Part shown: one piece after another, positions 30,961 through 50,967 of the stretch | Layout: each line of letters opens with the position of its first letter | Numbering within the stretch: position 1 is the first letter of the stretch | From: Eledone cirrhosa | Taxonomy: Eukaryota | NCBI GenBank assembly: GCA_964016885.1 | Contig: CAXHJY010001390.1 | Location: 62,001 to 126,000 of the forward strand | Direction: 5' to 3' | DNA: 64,000 bases | Notes under the pieces: generated by a model | What the model was told of the DNA's origin: nothing | The model's database searches: none | Seen by the model: the letters and a program-made list of their open reading frames with translations, nothing else | Made by a program: the position numbers and the translations under genes

Positions 30961-33900
30961 TTAGAGATGCCTACTGGCAAGGCGGGTCTTCTCTGTTACT
31001 GAGTACCGCCAAAGGTCTCGGTCCAGTGACATTGTCTTGGAGAGGTGTAAGTGTGTGAGGTCGGAGTTTATCAGCTCATCCCAGGTTTTTCTAGGTCTGC
31101 CTATTCCGTGGCTACCGTCTATCTTTATTGCCCTGCACTTTGTTATACAGCTATCGACTTTCATGCGCATCACGTGTCCATACCAACGCAGCCTTCTCTC
31201 GAGTAAACAACATCTGATCCCTCTTATCTCTTATTTTTTCCTTAGTTTGTTTATGCTTTGCCGTTCACGTATATTACTGTTACACATCCAGCGGAGCATG
31301 CAAGCTTCGTTCCTCTCTAGTCTGCGTATATCCTCTGCACACAATGCTCAGGTCTCACTACCATGCAACATTGCTGTTCGTATGCAGGCATCGTACAACC
31401 TGCCTTTCATTTTTAGGGAGAACCCTTTAGCAGCTAATAGTGGTATAAGCTCTCTGAACTTTTTCCAACCAGTTCTGACTCTAGCTACAGTACTTTCAGA
31501 GCACCCTCCCCCACTGCTAATTTTATCGCCCAGGTAACAGAAGCTGTCCACTATTTCTATAGAACCCTCTGCGCAATTGAAAGAGCTAGTATTTTGTGGG
31601 CACTTGCTGCTACTTATTGCAGCAGAACACCGGCCACATGTAAAATCTATGTTCTTAGTTAGCTTACCTGTGATCCCACTACATCTTTTATGCACCCATA
31701 CTTTGCATTTAGGACATAAAATGGAGTTTCTACCTACGCCTTTCCTACACACCGAGCACGACCATTTCCCAGAAGGGACCGCCGCCTTGTTTTCTTTCCT
31801 ACAAACTAGAACTTTGGTCTTAGCCAGGTTAATTTTAAGTCCTTTTGACTCTAGGCCGTGCTTCCATGTTTGGAATTTCTTATCTAGCTCGGCCATTGAT
31901 TCCGCTATGAGTGTCAGGTCGTCTGCGTATAGGAGTTCCCATGGGCAGCCTGTCTTGAACTCCTCTGTTATAGCCTGAAGGGCAATAATAAATAGTAGGG
32001 GGCTGAGAACAGAGCCCTGATGGACGCCAACTTTTACGCTAAACTCTTCACTATATTCGTTGTTAATTCTAACCTTGCTGACTGTTTCTTTATACATGGC
32101 TTGTATAGCCCTCACAAGCCATTCGTCAACGCCTAGTTTTCTAAGAGCCCACCAGATAATGGAGCGGGGGACTCTGTCGAAGGCTTTCTCCAGGTCGACA
32201 AAAGCTAAGTAGAGGGGTTTACCTTTAGCTAGGTACTTCTCCTGTAGTTGTCGTACTATGAAAAGAGCGTCTGTGGTACTTTTGCCTGACACAAACCCGA
32301 ACTGCATTTCATCTAGGTCAATTCGCTCTCTGATTAGTTGCGCTATTACTTTTTCCGTGACCTTCATGACCTGGTCGATTAATTTAATGCCTCTATAGTT
32401 ACTCCTATCTAGGGCGTCTCCTTTACCCTTATAACAGTTAACGATGATGCTGCTATGCCAGTCCTTCGGAACAACCCCATTCTGTACGACTTGGTTAACT
32501 ATGCGGGTGACCATGGTGTGTCCCACCGTGCCAGATGCCTTCAGCATCTCAGCAACTATTTCCGAAGGCCCAGCCGCCTTACCCGTCTTCATATCCTTGA
32601 TTGCCTTACTTATTATACTCCCCTCGACTAACACTGCTGGTCCCTCTATTGTGTCGATATGGGGGAGACTGTCTTTCTCCCATTTATTCTCCTCATTTAG
32701 TTGTTTCTACTATTAGCACAAGGCCAGAAATTACCCAGTGCATTACTGGTACTTTATTTTATCGACCCCGTAAGGATGAAAGGCAAAGTTAACCTCGGCT
32801 GGATTTGAACTCAGATCGTAAAGGGACGTAACTATGCTGGAAAGCATGACGTCCGACCCTCTACCGATACTGCCAATCCACCTTTCATAGTGACACTTCC
32901 AAGCTACCTTCTTATCAGTGTCGGTGATGGCAAGTATGCCATCATCGTTAAGTACACACTTCTCCCCGACAATATCACGGTTTTCCTTGACGCATTGCCT
33001 AGCAATCCTGAACACCTCACGTTTTTGGTCATCGCGTTGTAGAACATGCTTGAACTTTCTTTCCTCAGCTTCCCTTCTTGCTAAGTACACTTCTCTCCTA
33101 GCTTCCCTCCTGGCCACTTGATAGTCTACTCTACTTCCCCCCATCCCGCCATACTTTCCAAGCCTGCTTTTTGGCCTTAATTGACCCCTCCACCCTACTG
33201 TTCCACCACCATGTTACTCTCCTCCTGCCTACAGGCCTGCTCCAACCACAGACTTTGTCTGTCGCCAACAGCAGGTTTGCTTTCAGAAATTCCCACTGTC
33301 CCTCTATATTGTCCGATTCTAGATGCTCTTCCTTACTGTCGAAAGCATCAAGTAATATGCTTTGAAATTTATTTCTGGCTGTGGGGTCCTTTAGTTTCAA
33401 TATTTTCCTCCTGAGGATAGTCCTCTTCTGCTGTCGAGTACGTCTCGTCCTGACTATGAGGTCGCTAATTATCAGTCTATGTTGGGAGGTGCATTCTTCA
33501 TGGGGGAGGGATTTAGTGTTTACAACAGACACTCTGTCACGTCTTCTGGTAAGGATATAATCTACCTGGCTTGTGTGTTCCCCGGATCTATAGGTGGTCA
33601 GGTGATTGTCACGTTTTTTGAAGTTAGTGTTACAGATAGTTAGGTTATTTGCATCACAGAATTCCAGGATTCTGGAGCCTTCCTCATTTCTAGTACCAAA
33701 CCCATAGCCTCCATGGATTTCGTCGTAGCCGTCACAATGTTGTCCAACGTGACCATTTAGGTCGCCTGCAATAATTATATAGTCACTGTCAGATATTTGG
33801 GAGGTAGTTAGCAACAGTGTCTCATAGAATCTGTCTTTTATAGTGCCGGGCAGTCCGGATTGGGGTGCGTACGCAGATATTACTGTCACCGTAGTTCTAT

Positions 33901-34251
33901 TGAGGACAAGTCGTATTTTAATTATTCTGTCGTTCACTCTATTTACGTCTATTATCTTATCTGCCCACTTTTCTGCTACCATGATTCCTACTCCACCCAG
34001 CCCATCGTCGTCTCCCACCCAGAAAAGCTTATAACATCGTTTTTTACCCTCAATGAATCTAGCAGACCCACCCCTCCACCTGGTCTCTTGAATACAACAA
34101 ACATCGACCTCCTTACGTTCAAGCATTTCTACAACCTCGTTAGCGCGACCCTTTAGGGTGCCTACATTTATGGTACCAACTCTGAAGTTTTGGGTTGCGT
34201 TTGGAGGGTGGGGGTGGTGGGGGCGGGGGGAGATAGGGTTATGTTAGCCAT
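30961..34251 (-). pseudogene. RTE APE-RT ORF with frameshifts, stops and a SINE insertion
   Basis: [38 protein letters not shown] and the PHD-like C4HC3 motif are spread over several frames. Confidence 0.9.
32700..32878 (-). mobile_element. tRNA-derived SINE inserted in the RTE ORF
   Basis: A-box-like TGGCAGTATCGG, B-box GAGTTCAAATCC, central GCCTTTCATCCTTACGGGGTCGATAAAA; interrupts CHYER|LNEENKW. Confidence 0.8.
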
Positions 34252-34585
34252 CCGCGGACGAAACAAAGAGGAGTGCTCGCATTCTCGTCCACGAGGTGAA
34301 TTTGACTTTAACTTTGGCATTTTCGCTCTGAGCGTCCAGAATTTTCTCTCCCTTCCACTCTCCAGGATTCCGCAGTCCGTCCATCCATCCATCCATCCAT
34401 CATATATCGAAGGCAACCGCGCAAGCGATAGTATAGGCCTCTGGCTTATGATTGGTCCGCGTAATAATAATAATGGTGATGCGTGGGGGGGGCTCTGGCT
34501 TATAATAATAATGGTGATGCGTGGGGGGGGGCTCTGGCTTATGATTGGTCCACGTATTAAGGATGGTGGTGGGTGGGAGGAGGGT

Positions 34586-37223
<2,638 letters not shown>

Positions 37224-37560
37224 CATTTCATCATTTCATTTCATTTCACGTCCACTTTTTCCCTGCCTGCAAGGGTGGGACGGGAACTGATTCTGGCTTG
37301 ATTTCTACAGCTGGATGCCCTTCCTAACACCAACCTAATTTACAGTGAGTGCTGGGTGCTTTTTTGCCGTGGCACCTCCACGACCACTTTGCAGTGGAAT
37401 GATAGGGACCGCAGTCCCTATCATCTCATTTCTACAGCAGAGTAAACTGGAGCAATGTGAAATAAAGTGTCTTGCTCAAGGAAACAACACATCACCCGGT
37501 CTGAGAATTGAACTCACAACCTTTCGATTGCAAAGCCAATGGTCTAACCACTAAGCCATG
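37224..37560 (-). mobile_element. tRNA-derived CORE-like SINE with RTE-type 3' tail
   Basis: TGGCTTAGTGG A-box, GAGTTCAATTC B-box, CCTTGAGCAAGACACTTT core-like segment; 3' end matches the RTE family 1 end (~27588-27628). Confidence 0.75.
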
Positions 37561-37671
<111 letters not shown>

Positions 37672-38797
37672 GTCGTTTCTGAATTTGTTTAGCAAGATTC
37701 TTTATCTGAAATCGTGTGTTGAAACCGATATTGTTATACTTTGGGAGGGTCATGTTGCCAATAAGAAACACACGCACCAGTTGCTTTCACTTCAATTTAT
37801 TATATATTTATAAATTTATGAATTTACAAGTTTACAAACTTCTAAATTTCTGGTTGGTTGGTTGGTTCCACAACCAGATAGTTGTTTATATATATAGTCA
37901 TAGTCCTTCGTCACAACTCTGTGACCTCTTCAGTGACTGGGGATTCCTTTCTTCGTTTCTGTGCCTTTCCTTTCTTCTATCCTACGCCATTTTGTTTCTG
38001 TGTGTGTGTTGTGTGCTCAGTTTGCGCATGCGCCACATCCGGGTGTCTGTGTGTGTTTGTGTTCATTTTTCTATTTTTTCTATTTATATTTTTCTCTATT
38101 TGTTTATTTATTTATTTATTTATTTATTGTTGGTTGGTTGTTTGTTCTATGTGTGTGTGTGTTTTCATTTTGTCCTGTGTGTGTTTTCAATTGTAAGTTG
38201 TTTGTTCTATGTGTGTGTGTGTTTTCATTTTGTCCTTAATTGTAAGTTGTGATGTTGCTGTTCCACTCATATTTTCTATTTAATTTTGGTTTTAATTCTT
38301 TTATGCTTATTGCCTCTGTAATTTGCCTAAACATTGCGTCTTTTCTGTGTGTGGATTCTATTTTTATTTCTATGCTCTCTAATCTACCCCTGTGTTCTAT
38401 CTTAGCATGTTGGTAGAGCACAGATGATTCTTTATTATCTTGGAGGTCTCGCCAGTGTTCATTTATTCGTTCCCCTATACTACGAGCTGTCTCACCTATG
38501 TACACTATATTTTTGTTTCTACATTGTCCTTCAGTACATCTTATGCTATACACTACATTTCTAGTTTTACAGTTAATATGGGGGCTTATTTTACAGGTTA
38601 TACATTTCTTATCTATACATGAGGGTCTTTGGAACGGGTATGTCTTGCTAATAAGTGTTTTTACGGAGGAACCAGGTCTTTCTACTATCTTAATATTGAG
38701 ATTATGTTTATTTAGGGCCCTTCTAAATTTGTAGGCTAGTTCGCCTCTAGGGGTTGTATTGATGAACATTATTGATGAACATTGTATAGATAAGAAA
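37672..38797 (-). mobile_element. 5'-truncated PLE (non-Naiad, possibly Neptune-like), GIY-YIG end plus pLTR/tail
   Basis: 38236-38797 encodes [12 protein letters not shown]...[17 protein letters not shown]...EAISI...PKLN; HHR in the UTR; homologous to the 51600-53519 element. Confidence 0.88.
37896..37938 (-). ncRNA. Minimal hammerhead ribozyme variant
   Basis: Minus strand: agtca CTGAAGA g gtcaca-gagt-tgtgac GAAGG-a-CTA tgact (GAAG instead of GAAA). Confidence 0.65.
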
Positions 38798-40081
<1,284 letters not shown>

Positions 40082-40180
40082 AAGTAATTCCATCGGAAAA
40101 GTCCAGGAAAAAAGAGTGCTCTATGTATGCAACAGAGCTTAATTATTATTATTATGTAATAAACAACATAAGGCAATTAT

Positions 40181-40238
40181 TCCATTTACCAGTGGTTTCT
40201 TAAAAGCAAAAGGTTTTGCTTTCAATCCTCAGAATGAA
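40181..40238 (-). ncRNA. Type I hammerhead ribozyme (Naiad family 3, distal)
   Basis: Minus strand: ttcatt CTGAGGA ttgaaagcaaaa-cc-ttttgcttttaa GAAAC-cactg-GTA aatgga. Confidence 0.88.
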
Positions 40239-40438
40239 AAATCCTGGTTTGTTTATTGAATCTGGATTCTAAAAACAAAAATGCAATCTATATTAAAGTG
40301 AGGCTGGAAAAGGGAGAAGGAAAGGAAAAATAAAATAAAACTACACATGCAAACACACACATAAAAACACAAAAGCATACTAACACACACATACATATAT
40401 ACACATACATATAAATGTACGCATACACATATACACAT

Positions 40439-40486
<48 letters not shown>

Positions 40487-40631
40487 AGCGTACACCTACA
40501 CACACATACACATATATACACACATATACACATACATATAGTCATACATACACACACACACACACACATATATACACACATACACACACACACACATACA
40601 CACACACATATATATACACATGTACATATCC

Positions 40632-40729
<98 letters not shown>

Positions 40730-41115
40730 GTGTGTACAAGCATACACATACACACACACATATATATATACACACACATATACATACATTCACAGAAACA
40801 TACAACGTACATACATACACATACATGAATGCACTCCACTACATATTAACACACGCAAATAAATAGAAGAAAAAAATATATAAATATATATTAACAACAT
40901 TTTTGACAGCGATACATGCCCCAGCTAACAGGACAGACACGCGTGGTAAGTAATACACACATAAGCACATATACATACGTTCGAAATAGTAAACACATAC
41001 ACACACTCTCACACATAAATATACATATACAAATACATAAACACGTACATACACATACATACACAAACACGTACACGTATACAATATAAACACACACATA
41101 TATATGTAATTATAT

Positions 41116-41168
<53 letters not shown>

Positions 41169-41640
41169 CATACATATATATATATATACATACATACGAA
41201 AATATAAAAATATAAACGCACACACACATATAAATACGTAAACACACATATACATACATAGCTAAACAATTATACACATGCAAATACGTATATATCAAAA
41301 GAACGCACAACCAAATACAAACACACACACATATACACACACACACACACCCACACACAAACCCACGCATACATAAAAATGAATAAATACACACGCACAC
41401 ATATACATACATACACATACATATACATATATACATATATACATATACATACATATATATACACATATATATATAAATATACATATATACACACATACAC
41501 GTACACATACACACATGCATACACATACACACACACATATACATGTGTGTATGTGTAAAGCTCAGTATTAGATAAGACAAATGAACCTTACACAAACGTA
41601 TATATAGTAGTAAAGTAATAAAGCCATACAAGGCAATTAA

Positions 41641-41698
41641 TCCATTCACCAGAGGTTTCTTAAAGGCAAAAAAAGTTTCCTTCAATCTTCAGAATGAA
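41641..41698 (-). ncRNA. Second, probably non-cleaving hammerhead paralogue (GUG triplet)
   Basis: ttcatt CTGAAGA ... GAAAC-ctctg-GTG aatgga. Confidence 0.65.
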
Positions 41699-42109
41699 AA
41701 AAAGGCCTGGTTTATCCACATATACATACATATACACACACAAATATACAAATATATACACACATACAGACACGCATACACACATATATATATATACATA
41801 TACATATATATACAGACATATATACATATATATATATATATACATACACATACATATACATACATACATACACATACATATACATACACAAACATATACG
41901 TACACATATACATATATACACACAAAAATACATACACATACACATAGGTATGTGAAGGGCAAAACAAAAAGAATATATGGGGGGGGCTAAGAGGAGGTAA
42001 AAATATAAGGGGAGGTGAGGGAGAAAAAAAAAATTTAAATATACAAGAGTACAGAAGGTAGAAGCAGCAAAATAAAAACCGTAGCAAAAGTAAAGAGCAG
42101 AGAAGGAGT

Positions 42110-43789
42110 TCAAGGCGGTTGATTTATCGTAGGAGTGTCAATCCAGTTACAGATCAGATGCGATTTCAGATGAGGACAGCATCTGAAGATCTCAGTCTTA
42201 GAGTTAAGGCAAGCGGAAGTGTCTCTCAAGTTTAGCAAAATCCTATACTTTTCTGTGGTACACAAAGAACAATTCTTTGTGCCCCTTTGGTACTCCCTCG
42301 AATGGTCTAATATAGACCAATCAATAGAGTACGGGATATTACTATCCTTGAGATCCCATACCTTACTTGCGAGGGCCGTTGATGTTCGTTTATCTGAGTG
42401 TTTAAAAGAAGCGACATGTGAGTAAAATCTGGTTTTAAACCTGTCCTGGGTCATACCGACATATCGCTCGCTTCTGGCTGGCTGGTTGTTGATAACTGGC
42501 GTTATTTTAGCCTCATAAACGACAGATTTTGTGTTACATTTACCCTGCAATGGGCATTCATCCGGCTTCCTGCAACTGCATCCTGGATTTATCCTCGTAC
42601 GGTTTGAACTGGTGATTTTGGACTTCATGGATGGGCAACAAGAGTAGCTGATCTTAACTACATTCCTATTAAAAATCTTATAATATCTATGAATAGGAGG
42701 AAAATGTTTGTCTAATAGTTCAAGGAATTTCCTTCCTACATTAGTTTTGACATTTAGAGAGAAGGGGGGTGTGAACCAAATAATCTTCCTTTTCCTGTTA
42801 TTATGGTTAGTTTTAGGGGGGGGGAGTAGGTAAATAAGAAATATTTTCTGTAAAACCGCTGTTCTTAAGGGCTTTATTATAATAAGGGGCGGCTTTATTA
42901 AAAATGTCTATAGACGAAGATAAGGTAGAAATCCTACGGCTAATGTTAGGAATAAGATTATTAAAAACTATAGGGGGATGGCAAGACTCTTTGTGTATAT
43001 ACCTAAGATTTTCATTAGGTTTATAATAGGGTTTAAAAGAGGCAGTAAGTAGATCAAGATTAATATCAAGAAAGTTAGCATTAGTAAGGTTCGTATCTAT
43101 AGTAATTTTAAGGTTAAGATTAGCAAAAGTACTAATTAAATCTTTACGGAATTTATCAAGATTATGGCCATTGGTGGTATGAGAAACTGCTAATCCGTCA
43201 TCACGGTATAAACCGATATTATGGGACGGAAATTTCTCTTTGAGTGTGTGGAGAATGAATAATCCTACTAAGTCGCACACATCCGCACTGTCATAAGAAC
43301 CCATTGCAACATCGAAAGAGTTTTCAGGGTTTGACTTTTTAACCCAAATATTATCATTAGTAAAAAGTAAAGTTTTTCTACCATGAAAGATAATGTCCTC
43401 TTCTAATTTGGAGATATTAATGAAGGGTCTTGCAAAATCTAAGGCTTTAGTTAATAAGGAAACAGTAATAGAAGGGTAAAAATCGACAATATCAAACTGG
43501 GTAAATCTAAACTTATTTTTACCTTGTATATTATTGAACCAAGAAATAACAGAGGAAGTATTTAGCCACTGTGAAAGGACAGTGTTAGTTCTAATTTGGA
43601 GAATTATTTTTCTTAAGATTTTCTTACTAGCAAGGCCAACCTCGGATTTAGCCGGGTTAATCAGTCTACAACTAGGTCGATTAGTAAAGTCCAATTTATG
43701 GTCTTTAAGGGTAATATATGCTTTACGCTTAGCTAAGCTTTCAATCCGGTTATCTATTTGTAAAGAACTAGCTAGTTCTTTAGCTTCTT
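42110..43789 (-). pseudogene. Naiad RT-GIY-YIG, truncated and frameshifted near 42760-42820
   Basis: ITLKDHK, FTQFDIVDFYP, MGSYDS, LYRDDG, CSC-x5-CPL-x3-C, VVYEA...YVGMT, CSLC...CCPH. Confidence 0.9.
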
Positions 43790-44681
43790 CCAGGATGCAG
43801 TTGCAGGAAGCCGGATGAATGCCCATTGCAGGGTAAATGTAACACAAAATCTGTCGTTTATGAGGCTAAAATAACGCCTGTTATCAACAACCAGCCAGCC
43901 AGAAGCGAGCGATATGTCGGTATGACCCAGGACAGGTTTAAAACCAGATTTTACTCACATGTCGCTTCTTTTAAACACTCAGATAAACGAACATCAACGG
44001 CCCTCGCAAGTAAGGTATGGGATCTCAAGGATAGTAATATCCCGTACTCTATTGATTGGTCTATATTAGACCATTCGAGGGAGTACCAAAGGGGCACAAA
44101 GAATTGTTCTTTGTGTACCACAGAAAAGTATAGGATTTTGCTAAACTTGAGAGACACTTCCGCTTGCCTTAACTCTAAGACTGAGATCTTCAGATGCTGT
44201 CCTCATCTGAAATCGCATCTGATCTGTAACTGGATTGACACTCCTACGATAAATCAACCGCCTTGAACTCCTTCTCTGCTCTTTACTTTTGCTACGGTTT
44301 TTATTTTGCTGCTTCTACCTTCTGTACTCTTGTATATTTAAAATTTTTTTTTTTTTCTCCCTCACCTCCCCTTATATTTTTACCTCCTCTTAGCCCCCCC
44401 CCCATATATTCTTTTTGTTTTGCTCTTCACATACCTATGTGTATGTGTATGTATTTTTGTGTGTGTATATGTATATGTGTACGTATATGTTTGTGTATGT
44501 ATATGTATGTGTATGTATGTATGTATATGTATGTGTATGTATATATATATATATGTATATATGTCTGTATATATATGTATATGTATATATATATATGTGT
44601 GTATGCGTGTCTGTATGTGTGTATATATTTGTATATTTGTGTGTGTATATGTATGTATATGTGGATAAACCAGGCCTTTTT

Positions 44682-44740
44682 TTCATTCTGAAGATTGAAG
44701 GAAACTATTTTTTGCTTTTAAGAAACCTCTGGTGAATGGA
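44682..44740 (+). ncRNA. GUG-triplet hammerhead paralogue in the inverted arm
   Basis: Mirror of 41641-41698. Confidence 0.65.
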
Positions 44741-45210
44741 TTAATTGCCTTGTATGGCTTTATTACTTTACTACTATATATACGTTTGTGTAAGGTTCAT
44801 TTGTCTTATCTAATACTGAGCTTTACACATACACACATGTATATGTGTGTGTGTATGTGTATGCATGTGTGTATGTGTACGTGTATGTGTGTATATATGT
44901 ATATTTATATATATATGTGTATATATATGTATGTATATTTATATATGTATATATGTATATGTATGTGTATGTATGTATATGTGTGCGTATGTATTTATTT
45001 ATTTTTATGTATGCGTGGGTTTGTGTGTGGGTGTGTGTGTGTGTGTATATGTGTGTGTGTTTGTATTTGGTTGTGCGTTCTTTTGATATATACGTATTTG
45101 CATGTGTATAATTGTTTAGCTATGTATGTATATGTGTGTTTACGTATTTATATGTGTGTGTGCGTTTATATTTTTATATTTTCGTATGTATGTATATATA
45201 TATATGTATG

Positions 45211-45267
<57 letters not shown>

Positions 45268-45654
45268 ATATAATTACATATACATGTGTGTGTTTATATT
45301 GTATACGTGTACGTGTTTGTGTATGTATGTGTATGTACGTGTTTATGTATTTGTATATGTATATTTATGTGTGAGAGTGTGTGTATGTGTTTACTATTTC
45401 GAACGTATGTATATGTGCTTATGTGTGTATTACTTACCACGCGTGTCTGTCCTGTTAGCTGGGGCATGTATCGCTGTCAAAAATTTTGTTAATATATATT
45501 TATATATTTTTTTCTTATATTTATTTGCGTGTGTTAATATGTAGTGGAGTGCATTCATGTATGTGTATGTATGTACGTTGTATGTTTGTGTGAATGTATG
45601 TATATGTGTGTGTATATATATGTGTGCCTGTATGTGTATGCTTGTACACACACA

Positions 45655-45775
<121 letters not shown>

Positions 45776-45814
45776 GGATATGTACATGTGTATATATATG
45801 TGTGTGTGTATGTG

Positions 45815-45853
<39 letters not shown>

Positions 45854-45916
45854 ATGTATGACTATATGTATGTGTATATGTGTGTATATATGTGTATGTG
45901 TGTGTAGGTGTACGCT

Positions 45917-45978
<62 letters not shown>

Positions 45979-46178
45979 ATGTGTATATGTGTATGCGTAC
46001 ATTTATATGTATGTGTATATATGTATGTGTGTGTTAGTATGCTTTTGTGTTTTTTTGTGTGTGTTTGCATGTGTAGTTTTATTTTATTTTTCCTTTCCTT
46101 CTCCCTTTTCCAGCCTCACTTTCATATAGATTGCATTTTTGTTTTTAGAATCCATATTCAATAAACAAACCAGGATTT

Positions 46179-46236
46179 TTCATTCTGAGGATTGAAAGCA
46201 AAACCTTTTGCTTTTAAGAAACCACTGGTAAATGGA
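46179..46236 (+). ncRNA. Type I hammerhead ribozyme in the inverted arm
   Basis: Mirror of 40181-40238. Confidence 0.88.
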
Positions 46237-46272
46237 ATAATTGCCTTATGTTGTTTATTACATAATAATAAT

Positions 46273-46944
<672 letters not shown>

Positions 46945-48283
46945 CAACCAGCATGGATTCCGTAATGGAAGGGATTGCCTGACGCAACTACTGCATCACT
47001 TTGATGACATTTTGAGAGCCTTGGGAGAGGGTTCCAACACTGATGTTATCTACCTTGATTTCAGCAAGGCCTTTGACAGGGTTGATCATAACATTCTACT
47101 GAGAAAGCTGTCCAATATTGGTGTCACTGGAAAGCTGCTGCAGTGGATCAAGAGCTTCCTGTCAAACAGAACCCAACATGTTGTAGTTGAGGGAGTCAAA
47201 TCAAGCCCAGCCAAAGTCAGTAGTGGAGTCCCACAAGGCACTGTGTTGGGCCCACTTCTCTTCATCATCTCTATTAATGACATCACTGACATCATCAAAC
47301 ACAGCAACATTAAAATTTTCGCTGATGATTCCAAGCTCCAAAAGGTCATCAATGGCGTGGATGACGGGATAAGCCTTCAGTCAGACCTACTGGCTGTTAC
47401 CCAATGGGCAGAAAAGAACAACATGTTACTGAACGAAGACAAATTCGAACTGATCCACTTTGGAAAAGAGGATGCTCTGAAACTCCCGTACTCCCTTCCC
47501 TCCGGGGAAACTCTCGTGGCATCTAACAACATCAGAGACTTGGGAGTAACCGTGGACAGCAACATAAGCTGGACCACGCATATAAGCAGCAAAGTTGACA
47601 TGGCCCGCAGAATGTGTTCCTGGATCCTCAGAACCTTCCAGTCGAGAGATTCCCGCACCATTATCCTTCTCTTCTCTACTTTCGCCCGACCACACCTTGA
47701 ATACTGTTGTCCACTGTGGTCTCCCCACACGAAACAAAGTATCATGAAACTTGAAGCTCCTCAAAGGGCAATCACGAAAAAGATAGATGGCATGTCAGAC
47801 CTTGACTACTGGGGTCGATTGGAAAACCTGAAACTTTACTCACTCCAACGTCGCCGTGAGCGTTATATTATCTGCATGATGTGGAAAATGTTCCATCATC
47901 ACTGCCCAAATGATGTTGGCATCGCCTTCAAGATACACCCAAGGCTTGGGCCCCGTGCTATCCGTCCCATTCAAAAATCTAAATCGCAACTCATAACAAC
48001 AATACGGCACAATTATTTCACCTCAATCGGCCCTGCTCTCTTCAACATCACACCAGGACACGTCAAAACAGAAACTGACCACACAAAATTCAAGAAGTCT
48101 TTGGACAAATTCCTCCAAGTAATCCCGGACAAACCACCCACACCCGGATATGTCTCCGCAAACAGTAATTCTCTTCTCGAATGGGCCATGGTGCCCAAAT
48201 CCTGAATTGAAAGACTTCGCCAGGTGGTGCTATTAAGTTAGACATGGCCTGGGCCAATACTGGCCAAAACATTTCAAAGTTAT
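46945..48283 (+). mobile_element. 5'-truncated LINE family A copy (RT to 3' end)
   Basis: Near-identical to ~16187-17525; frame open to the stop at 48205. Confidence 0.95.
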
Positions 48284-49400
<1,117 letters not shown>

Positions 49401-50464
49401 TTTATTCAGGTTTGAGGTTCACCACTGTATAGAGCTGGTCTATTCCGTATGGTCAATCGTAATGCAATAATATAGAGAGTACTCAACGTAAAGCAGTTCA
49501 ACCGTCTTTGTTTTTGTAGTTGGTGGTGCTATTACGGAGTTAAATATTATAATGAAATGACAGGAGGCTGGATTTGTGTAAATCCTTGAAAGGTTTATTA
49601 TACTATGATCATTTCAATGACCGGGTTCCGTATGAATCCGGTGATATCATCAGGTATTCGAAATATAATACGTGAATGTAATAGGTAAAATCCATGGGGC
49701 TGAAAATCGAGACCCGAGGGCGACCGCTATTCTGTTCCTTCAACCTCAGCCGGTCGCCCTGGAGTGACGTGGCTAAATTTTATAGTATGCTACTACCGGT
49801 CAGATGAACGAAAACAGAAAGAGATGGGAGCATAGGTTAACGTCGATCCCATGACACAAGGTAAAAGAAAGAAAGAAAGGAAGGAGAAGAAGGGGGAAGA
49901 AAGAAGAAGAGAAGTCAGGGTTAATGTCAGCTAAAAGAGGAAGGTAACTACTACTGGTCAGATATAGGCAAGCAAGAGGGGGAAGGAAGATAAGTCTGCG
50001 GGAGGAGGAGAGGAGAGAAGGAAGGGGAGAAAGAAGTAGAAAAGTAAGGGTTGATGGCTACAAGAAGGAAGATAGAAAGGAAGAGGAAGAAAGGTCGATA
50101 TTAATGTCAGACCACAGTCAAGCCAGGAGTGGCGCGAGAAAATTTTCACAGGGACCCGCATCTTAGCGGAGATGAATATATTGGGAGTCAGTGTTTTACA
50201 GTGTTTAGACTTCTAGGATGAAGCTAAAAAAATTTAATAATCAATATTCAATATTAAAGAGGTTAGAAAATTTAAAGTTCAACAGTTTAACAATTAATTA
50301 TATAATAGTTCCGATTTGTTCTGTAATTTAAAGGTACTATTTGGCGGTTAAAACAACGGCCACGCCCCGGGCCCCATGGCGAATTAAGCCACGCCGATTA
50401 TTTTCATTTACTGAAAGAAGGGGAAATTTATTTTTCCAAGCACTCCAGGTGAGCTCGTTCGCCA
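49401..50464 (-). mobile_element. Probable PLE 3' UTR/pLTR remnant of another family
   Basis: HHR followed by a ~200-nt tail into (TA)n; pyrimidine-rich UTR on the minus strand; no convincing ORF. Confidence 0.6.
49600..49657 (-). ncRNA. Type I hammerhead ribozyme
   Basis: Minus strand: atac CTGATGA tatc accggattc-atacg-gaacccggt catt GAAAT-gatc-ATA gtat. Confidence 0.8.
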
Positions 50465-50471
50465 CATATAC

Positions 50472-50524
<53 letters not shown>

Positions 50525-50525
50525 C

Positions 50526-50592
<67 letters not shown>

Positions 50593-50625
50593 TATACATA
50601 TATGCATATATACATATACATATAT

Positions 50626-50967
50626 GCCATCCGGAACCTGTTTATAGAATTCTGTCTGCCCTTGTTACTCTAAAAACATAGATAAATAAAAATAAAAATA
50701 AACTATAGCTTTGTAGAATTAGCTTTTAATGAATTCCCTTTTCTATCAACCAATGACCTGCACCCATCCCACTCCCCACCCTCTCCTACCACTTGTAGAG
50801 ACCTATAAATACCATATTTATTTTTTGATACCCAGATTCCTGATGATTTCTAATGAATGAAACAGTTCTAGTCCTGTAGAATCTCATCTATATTAAAACT
50901 GTTATACTCTGCTATGTATTGAGTAACTTACTTACTGTGGTTACCTCCGATTCAACCCGGAATAACG

